The notes beneath the pieces were generated by a model. The model saw nothing but the letters and a program-made list of their open reading frames with translations, was not told the origin of the DNA and ran no database searches. Position numbers and translations under genes: made by a program. A stretch of DNA of 64,000 nucleotides from Mobula hypostoma. Lineage: Eukaryota. Positions 13,335-22,837 of this stretch are shown in pieces. Numbering within the stretch: the first letter of the stretch is position 1; each line of letters opens with the position of its first letter. Location: the NCBI RefSeq assembly GCF_963921235.1, contig NC_086097.1, positions 242,360,001 through 242,424,000 on the forward strand, given 5' to 3'.

Positions 13335-13559
13335 TATATAACAAAAAGGCTTTTGCAAGCTACTTGGTTAGGCGTGACTTAATAAAGCTTTTCACGTGGT
13401 TATCTACATTTATAAAGGTTGAGGTAGTCAGAGTTTAATTGAGCAAATGTATTTGTGAACAAGAAGTGATCACCAGTGATGCATTCAGGAGAATGAATTA
13501 TACAAATATCCTGGGCTGCAACCAAGATTTAAAGAAATGTTACCAAGCAGAAGTAACCA

Positions 13560-13937
13560 TGTTTGGAGGCTTGCGTACCTCAATGATCCGGAGAGCTAGA
13601 TTGGCCGGAGTCAGGGCTTTATGCTTTGGCTGTTGGTAGGGTCACCCATACCAAGCAGGTCAAAGGGTAGAGGCCAAACTAAGAGTTGTCCACCGGTCCT
13701 CCAGGTTCGGGGGGGTTCAGATCGTGGCTGACGATCCTGGTGGTAAAACACAATCGTTTTGAAAACAGCAATGAAAAATCCTTCTACATCTGAGTGTGAC
13801 GATATTCCTGAGTCTCCACCCGGGACATGCGCGACTGACCATAATGAAAACCGCGAGGAAGCCCTGACCACCAGAGAGGGAAGGCCTTCTTTGCTGCCAT
13901 GAATGCTGGTGGCATAATGGGCAGTAAGTGAGTGAAT
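13560..13937 (+). mobile_element. RTE-derived short bipartite element; related pieces on - at 22612-22815 and 54090-54428
   Basis: ttggtagggtcacccat..caggtcaaagggtagaggcca resembles an RTE/Expander 5' UTR and is joined to a short 3' end with an (agtg/agta)n tail; no ORF. Confidence 0.65.
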
Positions 13938-14002
13938 AGGATGTGTTGCAAATGCTGGTCGAGATGTTGTAGTCTCTGCGTTGAGGCTACAGGATCCTCC
14001 CG

Positions 14003-15785
14003 GGAGGGGGGAGAAGATCGTGACGACAGCACGTGCGGCCACTTCGGTGATGAATATGTTATTTGTCAAGTAGGGGACCGTGCACAATCCTGATTTGATG
14101 GAGGCAGACGTGAGAGCACAGCGGAACTTCTGGAAAACTTCTGAAGTGCCCGCTTTGCTACTGCTGCTACTGCGTGGTAACCGGAATCTCCGGAGCTGAA
14201 GGCCCCGAAATCCTCGGCTTTGCGTGTTTCAGCAGCCGGGGAGAGGTCGAAGGCACTTGGGAGGCTGTATCGGAGAGGCTGCTCGGAAGCTCGGAATTTT
14301 CGGACGGATGGACTCGGGGTTGGCTGGGGTCGGCTGCTTCCAAGGTATCGGCAAGTTGACGGTGCCTGGAGGTTTATGGCAGGGAGTTTCCCTTTTGCCG
14401 CCTGCTATCCGGGACTCGGGAGTTGATTGACTCGGGGCTTTGAGACTTTTTTGACTGTGCCTATGGTCTGTTCTTTATCAAATTATGGTATTGCTTTGCA
14501 CTGCTGTAACTGTATGTGATTCTGTCAGTGTTAGAAACATAGAAACATAGAAACATAGAAAATAGGTGCAGGAGTAGGCCATTCGGCCCTTCGAGCCTGC
14601 ACCGCCATTTATTATGATCATGGCTGATCATCCAACTCAGAACCCAGCCTTCCCTCCATACCCCCTGACCCCTGTAGCCACAAGGGCCATATCTAACTTC
14701 CTTTTAAACATAGCTAATGAACTGGCCTCAACAGTTTGCTGTGGCAGAGAATTCCACAGATTCACCACTCTCTGTGTGAAGAAGTTTTTCCTAACCTCGG
14801 TCCTAAAAGGCTTCCCCTCTATCCTCAAACTGTGGCCCCTCGTTCTGGACTTCCCCAACATCAGGAACAATCTTCCTGCATCTAGCCTGTCCAATCCCTT
14901 TAGGATTTTATACGTTTCAATAAGATCCCCCCTCAATCTTCTAAATTCCAATGAGTATAAGCCTAGTTCATCCAGCCTTTCATCATATGAAAGTCCTGCC
15001 ATCCCAGGAATCAATCTGGTGAACCTTCTTTGTACTCCCTCTATGGCAAGGATGTCTTTCCTCAGATTAGGGGACCAAAACTGCACACAATACTCCAGGT
15101 GTGGTCTCACCAAGGCCTTGTACAACTGCAGTAGTACCTCCCTGCTCCTGTACTCGAATCCTCTCGCTATAAATGCCAGCATACCGTTCGCCTTTTTCAC
15201 CGCCTGCTGTACCTGCATGCCCACTTTCAATGACTGGTGTATAATGACACCCAGGTCTCGTTGCACCTCCCCTTTTCCTAATCGGCCACCATTCAGATAA
15301 TAATCTGTTTTCCTATTTTTGCCACCAAAGTGGATAACTTCACATTTATCCACATTAAATTGCATCTGCCATGAGTTTGCCCACTCACCCAACCTATGCA
15401 AGTCACCCTGCATCCTCTTAGCATCCTCCTCACTGCTAACACTGCCACCCAGCTTTGTGTCATCCGCAAACTTGGAGATGCTGCATTTAATTCCCTCATC
15501 CAAGTCATTAATATATATTGTAAACAACTGGGGTCCCAGCACTGAGCCTTGCGGTACCCCACTAGTCACCGCCTGCCATTCTGAAAAGGTCCCGTTTATT
15601 CCCACTCTTTGCTTCCTGTCTGCTAACCAATTCTCCACCCACACCAATACCTTACCTTAGTCTTTGGTCTTTCCTGTTTTCTGTGATATCACTCCGGAGA
15701 AACATTGTATCATTTCTTAATACATGTATGCATTTCTAAATGACAATAAAAGAGGACTGAGTGTTCTCACAATCTAAAAAAAATT
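14003..15785 (+). mobile_element. ~600-bp non-coding retroposon (family of 19276-19888), split by a CR1 at 14535-15656
   Basis: Shares ccgtgcacaatcctgatttgatggag..aaacttctgaa and the aaatgacaataaaagaggactg..aatcta end with the 19276 copy. Confidence 0.8.
14535..15656 (-). mobile_element. Young 5'-truncated CR1 LINE with an uninterrupted 336-aa ORF2 C-terminus
   Basis: ORF 14637-15647: GVPQGSVLGP..KFADDTK..LVRPHLEYCVQFWSP. (tagaaaca)n tail; ttag duplicated at 14531-14534 and 15657-15660. Confidence 0.96.
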
Positions 15786-15979
15786 ATGGTTTCTAGAGTG
15801 GGGTTGGCGATTTACAGCTTGCGCTGTAAAGCAATGAGCAAAACGCTATGTTACCATGCCACCTCTATGCCAAGAAACTGCTGGATGGTTGGTATGGTCA
15901 CGTTAGACTTTTCATGAATTTAGGATTAAGGCAAAGTGAAATCATCTTGTACTGGGAGATGCTGTGTGCCAAAACACAA

Positions 15980-16730
15980 GGGTTGACTATTTTCTAAATG
16001 GAGAGAAAATTCAAAAATCCAAGGGAGTCCTTGTGCAGGATTCCCTAAAGGTTAATTTGCAGGTTGAGCCAGTGGTGAGGAAGGCAAATGTGATTTTAGC
16101 GTTTGTTTTGAAGAGGTCTAGAATACAACAGCAAGGAGGTAATGTTGGGGGTTTCTAAAGCACCGGTGAGGCCTCACTTGGAGCTTTGTGAGCAGATCTG
16201 CGTCCTTTGTGTAAGAAAGGAGGTGCTGACATTGGAGAGGGTTCAAAGGAGGTTCATGAAAATGATTCCCTGATTGAAAGGCTTATCATATGAGGAGCGT
16301 TTGATGTCTCTGGGCCTGAACTCACTGGAATTCAGAAGAATCTGATTGAAATCTATCAAATGGTGAACGGCCATGGTAAGAGTGGATGTGGAGAGGATGT
16401 TTCCTATGGTGGGGAACTTTAAGACCAGCGGTCACGGCCTCAGAATAGAGGGAGGCCATTTGGAATGGAGATAAGGGGGAATTTCGTTAGTCGGAGAGTG
16501 GTGAATCTATGTCATTCATTGCCACAGGCAGCTGTGGAGATCAAGTCATTGGATATATTTAAGGCAGAGGTCGATAGATTCTCAATTTGTCAGGGCATGT
16601 AGGGATACGGGGAGAAGGCAGAAGAATGGGGCTGAGAGGCAAATGGGTCAGTCATGATAAAATGGTGGAGTAAACTCGATGGGCCAAATGGCCTAATTCT
16701 GCTCCTATACCTTGTGGTCTTAGGGTCTTT
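15980..16730 (+). mobile_element. CR1 3' fragment, degraded
   Basis: DYFLNGEKIQKS..GVLVQDSLKV motif and CR1 3' UTR. Confidence 0.88.
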
Positions 16731-17089
16731 AAAAAAAAAAGGGCCATCTTTTCCACATACCTATCTGTCCCTTCACTTCTCTGCTACTCTGCATCCCTGA
16801 GAGCAAGTGCTTGTGAGCATCTGTCTGGTAGATTCTTGTACGGCTCATTTGCTTTATGACATCCTCAGAACTTTTCACAGTCTGAGTTCACGTTCAATTT
16901 ATTGTTGTTCACTTGTACACATGTGAACTGCAAAAGGAAGCAACAGCCCTCTAGACTGCGTTGAACAGCACAGCACACGTAACTCACACATATAGCACAG
17001 AAAATAATAATATCGCAAAATAAATCAACAATAAGTTGCATTTACCTCTCACGTTTAAAAAGTAAACAGTATAATGCTGCTGGCACTTG

Positions 17090-17994
17090 ATAAGTTTGCT
17101 GATGACACAACAATTATAGGCCGTATCTCAGGTAATGATGAGTTTGAGTACAGAGAGGAAATTAAGAACCTGGTGGTATGGTGCGAAGACAATAACCTAT
17201 CCCTCAATGTCAGCAAAACAAAGGGATTGGTTGTTGACTTCAGAAGGAGTAGCGGACTACATTACATCGGTGGTGCGCAAGTGGAACAGATCAAAAGCTT
17301 TAAGTTCCTCGCGGTCAATATCACAAATGACCTGACTTGGTCCAACCAAGCAGAGTCCACTGCCAAGAAGGCCCATCAGCGCCTTTACTTCCTGAGAAAA
17401 TTAAAGAAATTTGGCCTGTCCCCTGAAATCCTCACTAATTTTTATAGATGCACCGTAGAAAGCATTCTTCTAGGGTGCATCACACCCTGGTATGGAAGTT
17501 GTCCTATCCAAGACCGGAAGAAGCTGCAGAAGATCGTGAACACGGTGCAGCACATCACACAAACCAATCTTCCACCCTTGGACTCACTTTACACCGCACG
17601 CTGTCGGAGCAGTGCTGCCAGGATAATCAAGGACACAACCCACCCAGCCAACACACTTTTCATCGCTCTTCCCTCCGGGAGAAGGCTCGGGAGCTTGAAG
17701 ACTTGTATGGCCAGATTTGGGAACAGCTTCTTTCCAACTGTGATAAGACTGCTGAACGGATCCTGACCCGGATCTGGGCCATACCCTCCAAATATCCAGA
17801 CCTGCCTCTCGGTGTTTTTTTTTGCACTACCTTACTTTCCATTTTTCTATTTTCTTTTTATTATTTATAATTTAAATGTTTAATATTTACTATCGATTTG
17901 TAATCCAGGGAGCAGGAAGCGCAGAATCAAATATTGCAGTGATGATTGTACGTTCTAGTATCAATTGTTTGGCGTCAATAAAGTATAAAGTATA
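17090..17994 (+). mobile_element. Young Rex1/Babar-like LINE 3' part with open RT C-terminus
   Basis: ORF 17074-17766: KFADDTTIIGRIS..NNLSLNVSKTK..KKAHQRLYFLRKL..ESILLGCITPWYG; tail aataaagtataaagtata. Confidence 0.92.
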
Positions 17995-18244
17995 TGGAAT
18001 GAGACCTAGGTGGTGGCAGAGAGTTCAGTGGTCTTACAGCCCAGGGAAGAAGCTGTTTCCCATCCTAGCAATTCTTGTCCTAATGTAACAGTACCTCCTA
18101 CTTGATCATAGGGAATCAAAGAAGTTGTTGGATGGATGGGAGGGATTATTGACAAATTATTAAGTTCAGTAAGTCTCGGTATGAGAACAAATACAGACTA
18201 GCATGAAATATTTAAAATAAATTTATTATTAAAGTACATATACA

Positions 18245-18615
18245 TGGAAACATAGAAAACCTACAGCACAATACAGGCCCTTCGTCCCACAGAGTTGTGC
18301 CAACCATGTCCCTACCTTAGAAATTACTAGGCTTACCTATAGCCCTCTATTTTTCTAAGCTCCATGTACCTATCCGAAAGTCTCTTCAAAGACTCTACCG
18401 TATCTGCCTCCACCACCGTTGCTGGCAGCCCATTCCACGCACTCACCACTCTGCGTTAAAAAACTAACCCCTGATATCTCCTCTGTACCTACTCCCCAGC
18501 ACCTTAAACCTGTGCCCTCTTGTGGCAGCCATTTCAGCCCTGGGAAAAGCCTCTGACGAGCCACACGATCAATGCCTGTCATCATCTTAAACACCTCTAT
18601 CAGGTCACCTCTCAT
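18245..18615 (-). mobile_element. CR1 3' end
   Basis: ORF 18370-18615 (MRGDLIEVFKMM.GIDRV); ctatgtttc tail. Confidence 0.88.
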
Positions 18616-19275
18616 ACGTCACCTTATACTACCTTGAGATTCATTTTCTTGCAGTCTTTTACAGGAAAATAAAGAAATAGTTTATGGAAAAAGAACAAAA
18701 CCTATCATAGGGTGACAGTGTGGTGATATGTCTCTACCAGAGGAGGTATAAGGTACTCCTTCCCTCTGCTAGCCTGCACCCTTGAGCAAGGTGGAGTACC
18801 TACTTAGCCCCCCGGTTAGGGTCATGTGAAGCCATTGAAGCAGGTGGCGGATGGCTGTATGAGCAGCTGGAGCATATCACAAGTCCTGGTTATGTGACCA
18901 CTGACGCCAGGCAATCTGTGAAGAACATTGATAATGGTTGGGGTCACCCGTCTTGTAAGGAGGCTGGTCAGAAGAAGGCGATGGCAAACCACCTCTGCAG
19001 AAAAAATTACCAAGAACAATCGTCGTCATGGATAGAGACAGATGGGGGACGGTTGATTGCCCACGTCATACGACATGACACATGATGATGATCATAACAA
19101 GCATCCAATGTGCCAAAGAGGACAATCATGTCAATGATAAGTAAATAAATTATATCAAGGACATAAGTTATTGAGTCCTAGAAAGTGAGTCTGCAGGTTG
19201 TGGAATCAGTTCACTGTTGACATGAATGAATTTATCTACACTGGATCAGGAGCCTGATAGTTGAGGAGTAATGGA

Positions 19276-19888
19276 CGGAGGGAGGAGAAGATGGCGGCGC
19301 GACGTAGCGTGCGCGGCTGTTCCGAATGATATCGATATGTGTTAACTAGGGGGCCGTGCACAATCCTGATTTGATGGAGACAGCCATGGGAAGCGCAGAG
19401 GAACATCTGGAGAAACTTCTGAAATGCCTGCTTCACAGCCGCTGCTACTGTGCGATCGAGAATCTCCAGAGGGAAAGGCCCCAAATCCTCGGCTTTGCGT
19501 ATCGCCTGTTGCCGGGGCCGGGGTCGAAGCGCTCAGCAGAGACGGTGCTCGGTGTCGGAGAGGTGGTCAGAGGCTCGGAGTTTTCGGACGGACTCGGACT
19601 GTGGTCGGATGCTTCCAGGATGCTGCATTGGCAAGTTGGCAGCGCTGGAGGTTCACCATCTGTGTGAGATGATGGGACTTTCGAGAGACTTTGAGACTTT
19701 TACCGTGCCCAGTGCCCATTGCACTGTTGTAACTATATGTTATAATTATGTGGTTTTTGTCAGTTTTTCAGTCGGTTTGTCATGTGTTTCTGTGATATCA
19801 TTCTGGAAAAACATTGTATCATTTCTTAATGCATGCATTACTAAATGACAATAAAAGAGGACTGCGTGTCCTCGAAATCTAATCTAAT
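19276..19888 (+). mobile_element. ~600-bp non-coding retroposon, apparently full length
   Basis: 5' ggagaagatggcggcgcgac head, GC-rich body, AT-rich 3' end with aataaa and (aatct)n tail; homologues at 14003 (+), 31978-32602 (-), 49735-50228 (-). Confidence 0.85.
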
Positions 19889-20021
19889 AACTGTACCTGA
19901 GCCATTTGCTGTCTAGAAGTGGAAGCAGCTTCACTTGTTGCTTTCAAAGGTAAATGGAATGACTGGCTCCTTAAATGAGGAAGTATTACATAGCTGTAGG
20001 AAAGGAACTTGGGATTGAGGG

Positions 20022-20157
20022 CAAACAACAGGAATTCTGCAGATGCTGGAAATTCAAGCAACACACATCAAAGTTGCTGGTGAACGCAGCAGGCCAAGCA
20101 GCATCTATAGGAAGAGGCGCAGTCGACGTTTCAGGCCGAGACCCTTCGTCAGGATTG
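20022..20157 (-). mobile_element. Short Penelope-like insertion ending at its hammerhead motif
   Basis: Typical ctgcagatgctggaaatt..gcagcatctatagg sequence; ggattgaggg on both sides (20012-20021, 20152-20161). Confidence 0.82.
20120..20157 (-). ncRNA. Minimal type I hammerhead ribozyme motif (Penelope-associated), core intact
   Basis: The - strand reads CAAUC-CUGACGA-AGGGUCUCGGCCU-GAAAC-GUC-GACUG: CUGANGA, stem II, GAAA, GUC triplet, stem I with one mismatch. Confidence 0.72.
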
Positions 20158-20554
20158 AGGGGATTGTTCTCTCGGAAAGCTGGTGTTGGCCTGTTTGCTT
20201 TTGTTCATTTTTGGTTATCAAAGTTCAAATTAAATTTTATTATCAGAGTACATGTATGTCACCACATATAACCCTGAGATTCATCTTTATGTGGGCATAC
20301 TCAGCAAATCTGTAGAATAGTAACTATAACAGGATCAATGGAAGATCAGCCGGCGTCCCCTTTTGTTCAGGAACCTGATGATTGTGGGATAGTAAATGTT
20401 CTTGAACCTGGTGGTGCGAGAACTGAGGCTTCTGTACCTTCTCCCTGAAGGCAGCAGTGAGAAAAGAGGGTGGTCTGAGTGGTGGGGGTCTCTGGGTGCT
20501 GCTTTCCTACAACAGCGTTTCACGTTGATGCACAGTATATCACAGTATATGCAC

Positions 20555-21487
20555 ATTAGCAAATTTGCCGATGACACAAAGCTGGGTGGCAGTGTGAAAT
20601 GTGAGGAGGATGTTATGAGAATGCAGGGTGACTTGGACAGGCCGGGTGAGTGGGCAGATGCATGGCAAATGCAGTTTAATGTGGATAAATGTGAGGTTGT
20701 CCACTTTGGTGGTAAGAACAGGAAGGCAGACTATTACCTAAATGGAGTCAAGTTAGGAAAAGGGGAAGCACAACGAGATCTAGGTGTTCTTGTACATCAG
20801 TCACTGAAAGCAAGCATGCAAGTACAGCAGGCAGTGAAGAAAGCTAATGGCATGCTGGCTTCATAACAAGGGGAATTGAGTATAAGAGCAAAGAGGTCCT
20901 TCTGCCGTTGTACAGGGCCCTGGTGAGACCACACCTGGAGTACTGTGTGCAGTTTTGGTCTCCAGATTTGAGGAAGGACATACTAGCTATTGAGGGAGTG
21001 CAGCGTAGGTTCACAAGGTTAATTCCTGGGATGGCGGGACTGTCATATGTTGAAAGATTGGAGCGACTGGGCTTGTATACTCTGGAATTTAGAAGGCTGA
21101 GAGGGGATCTTATTGAAACATGTAAGATTATTAAGGGATTGGACACGCTGGAGGAAGGAAGCATGTTCCCGCTGATGGGTGAGTCCAGAACCAGAGGCCA
21201 CAGTTTAAGAATAAGGGGTAGGCCATTTAGAACGGAGTTGAGGAAAAACTTTTTCACCCAGAGAGTGGTGGATATATGGAATGCTCTGCCTCAGAAGGCT
21301 GTGGAGGCCAAGTGTCTGGATGCTTTCAAGAAAGAGATGGATAGAGCTCTTAAAGATAGTGGAATCAAAGGATATGGGGATAAGGCAGGAACTGGATACT
21401 GATTGTGAATGATCAGCCATGATCACAGTGAATGGTGGTGCTGACTCGAAGGGCCGAATGGCCTACTCCTGCACCTATTGTCTATTA
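20555..21487 (+). mobile_element. Young CR1 3' fragment just upstream of the MED30 start exon
   Basis: ORFs 20396-20866 and 20908-21402 (SKFADDTKLGG..LVRPHLEYCVQFWSP); ctattgt tail. Confidence 0.95.
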
Positions 21488-21629
21488 CCATATTCATTAA
21501 TGTAGTGCCTGTAGACAAGTTTTAATTTCTTTACTGAGTTATCATCTTTGGAAACATTCATGCCTTCTCACTTTTGAAAATCCTTTCTGATATTACTTTC
21601 AGAAAACTGACGTGTCGACAGAAAGAGTC

Positions 21630-21800
21630 ATGGCGACACCCCCTGTCCCTGGTCCAGGGATGCCTGGAGCATTTTCTGCAACTCAGAGCCAGGCGGGACG
21701 TGAGGTTAATACAGCTTCTCTCTGTCGAATTGGCCAAGAGACGGTACAAGACATTGTTTCGAGAACGATGGAAATCTTCCAGCTTCTTCGAAATATGCAG
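21630..21800 (+). CDS. MED30: Mediator complex subunit 30, first coding exon (57 codons; exon probably begins at 21603)
   Basis: Translates MATPPVPGPGMPGAFSATQSQAGREVNTASLCRIGQETVQDIVSRTMEIFQLLRNMQ, matching the MED30 N-terminus (REVNTASLCRIGQETVQDIV.RTMEIFQLLRNMQ). Ends CAG|GTCAGT, phase 0. Upstream acceptor tcctttctgatattactttcAG at 21601-21602. Confidence 0.96.
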
Positions 21801-22469
21801 GTCAGTCTCTGAGTAGCCTTTATATGGATCAAATTATTGATTGTAGGTGCTGTGACCGTCAGCATCGTGGAACATGTACAAAATATTCTTTAAAGGTTAG
21901 CTTTATTTGTCAAATGTACATTGAAACATACAGTGAAATGCGCTGTTTGCGTCAATGATCGTCACCGCCCAAGATATGCTGGGACAGCCCATAATTGTCG
22001 CCAAGCTTCTGGCATCAACATAACATGCCCATAACTTCATTGACTCTCCTCTATTATGAACTGTTTAAGTTTAGAGAAAATAAGAAGTCAGACTCCTTAC
22101 AAGCCGTGACGGGAATTGAACCACAATCTTCCGATTGCTGGCGCTGTAAACAGCTACACCATCGTGCCACCCTGCCAAAATGCCCAAAAGCATGATTGAT
22201 CAATAAATCAGTGGCATTTTATAGTTTTTTTTGTAAGCTAAATCAAATTTGATATGAAAACAAAATAGAAACGGTGCTTACCATCTTTTAAAAGACTCGT
22301 GTGTTTTTCAGTTTTATTATTGCTGAAACACATTCGGTAATAAAAATGGGATTTTACAGTGCACTGAAGAAAGATCTTGGCCTGAAACATCAACTATTTA
22401 TTCCTCTCCGTAGATGCTACCAAACCTGATGAGTTCCTCCAGCGTTTTGTGTGTGTTACTCTAGTTCTC

Positions 22470-22545
22470 TGGTTCCCAACCCGGAGTCCACGACCCCCCG
22501 GTTAATGGTAGGGGTTCATGACATAAACAGGTTGGGAACCCCTGG
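22470..22545. mobile_element. Tiny (~75 bp) hAT-type MITE inside a Penelope fragment; half copies at about 28610-28660 and 54622-54651
   Basis: ggttcccaacc ... ggttgggaacc inverted termini. Confidence 0.65.
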
Positions 22546-22837
22546 TCCAGATTTTCAGCATGTGCAGAATCTCCTGTGTTTGGGAATTTATGTTCTGTGG
22601 CAAATGAAGCTTGCTACTTACTTCCTGTTAATAGAACTGGTGTTCTGGGCAGCGATGAAGATCCTTCATCTCTGGCGGTGTTCAGGGCTTCCTTCATCGT
22701 CTCAGAGCTTCCTCTTGCCACTCATGCAGGTCCCAGGCAGAGACTCAGGAATACCGTCGCACTCAGTTGTAGAAGGTTTCTTCGTTGCTTTTTCCGTAAC
22801 AGTTTGGTTTTACCACTCAATACAAATGAACCTTAGG

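Noticed and set aside
14532..14562. Short tandem repeats (tagaaaca)n, (ctattgt)n, (agaatc)n as CRISPR-like or telomere-like arrays
   Set aside because: They are LINE 3' tails with no spacers.
14614..15300. 228-aa + strand ORF, and similar ones at 20844-21257, 22963-23406, 24088-24660
   Set aside because: Antisense shadows of CR1 ORF2; no independent protein motifs.
14637..15647. 336-aa reverse transcriptase ORF as a possible retron, DGR or domesticated gene
   Set aside because: 5'-truncated CR1 with its own 3' UTR, tandem tail and TSD, among many paralogous copies.
19276..19680. CpG-rich segment as the MED30 promoter or first exon
   Set aside because: It is a multi-copy retroposon and I found no splice evidence linking it to 21603; exaptation cannot be excluded without RNA data.
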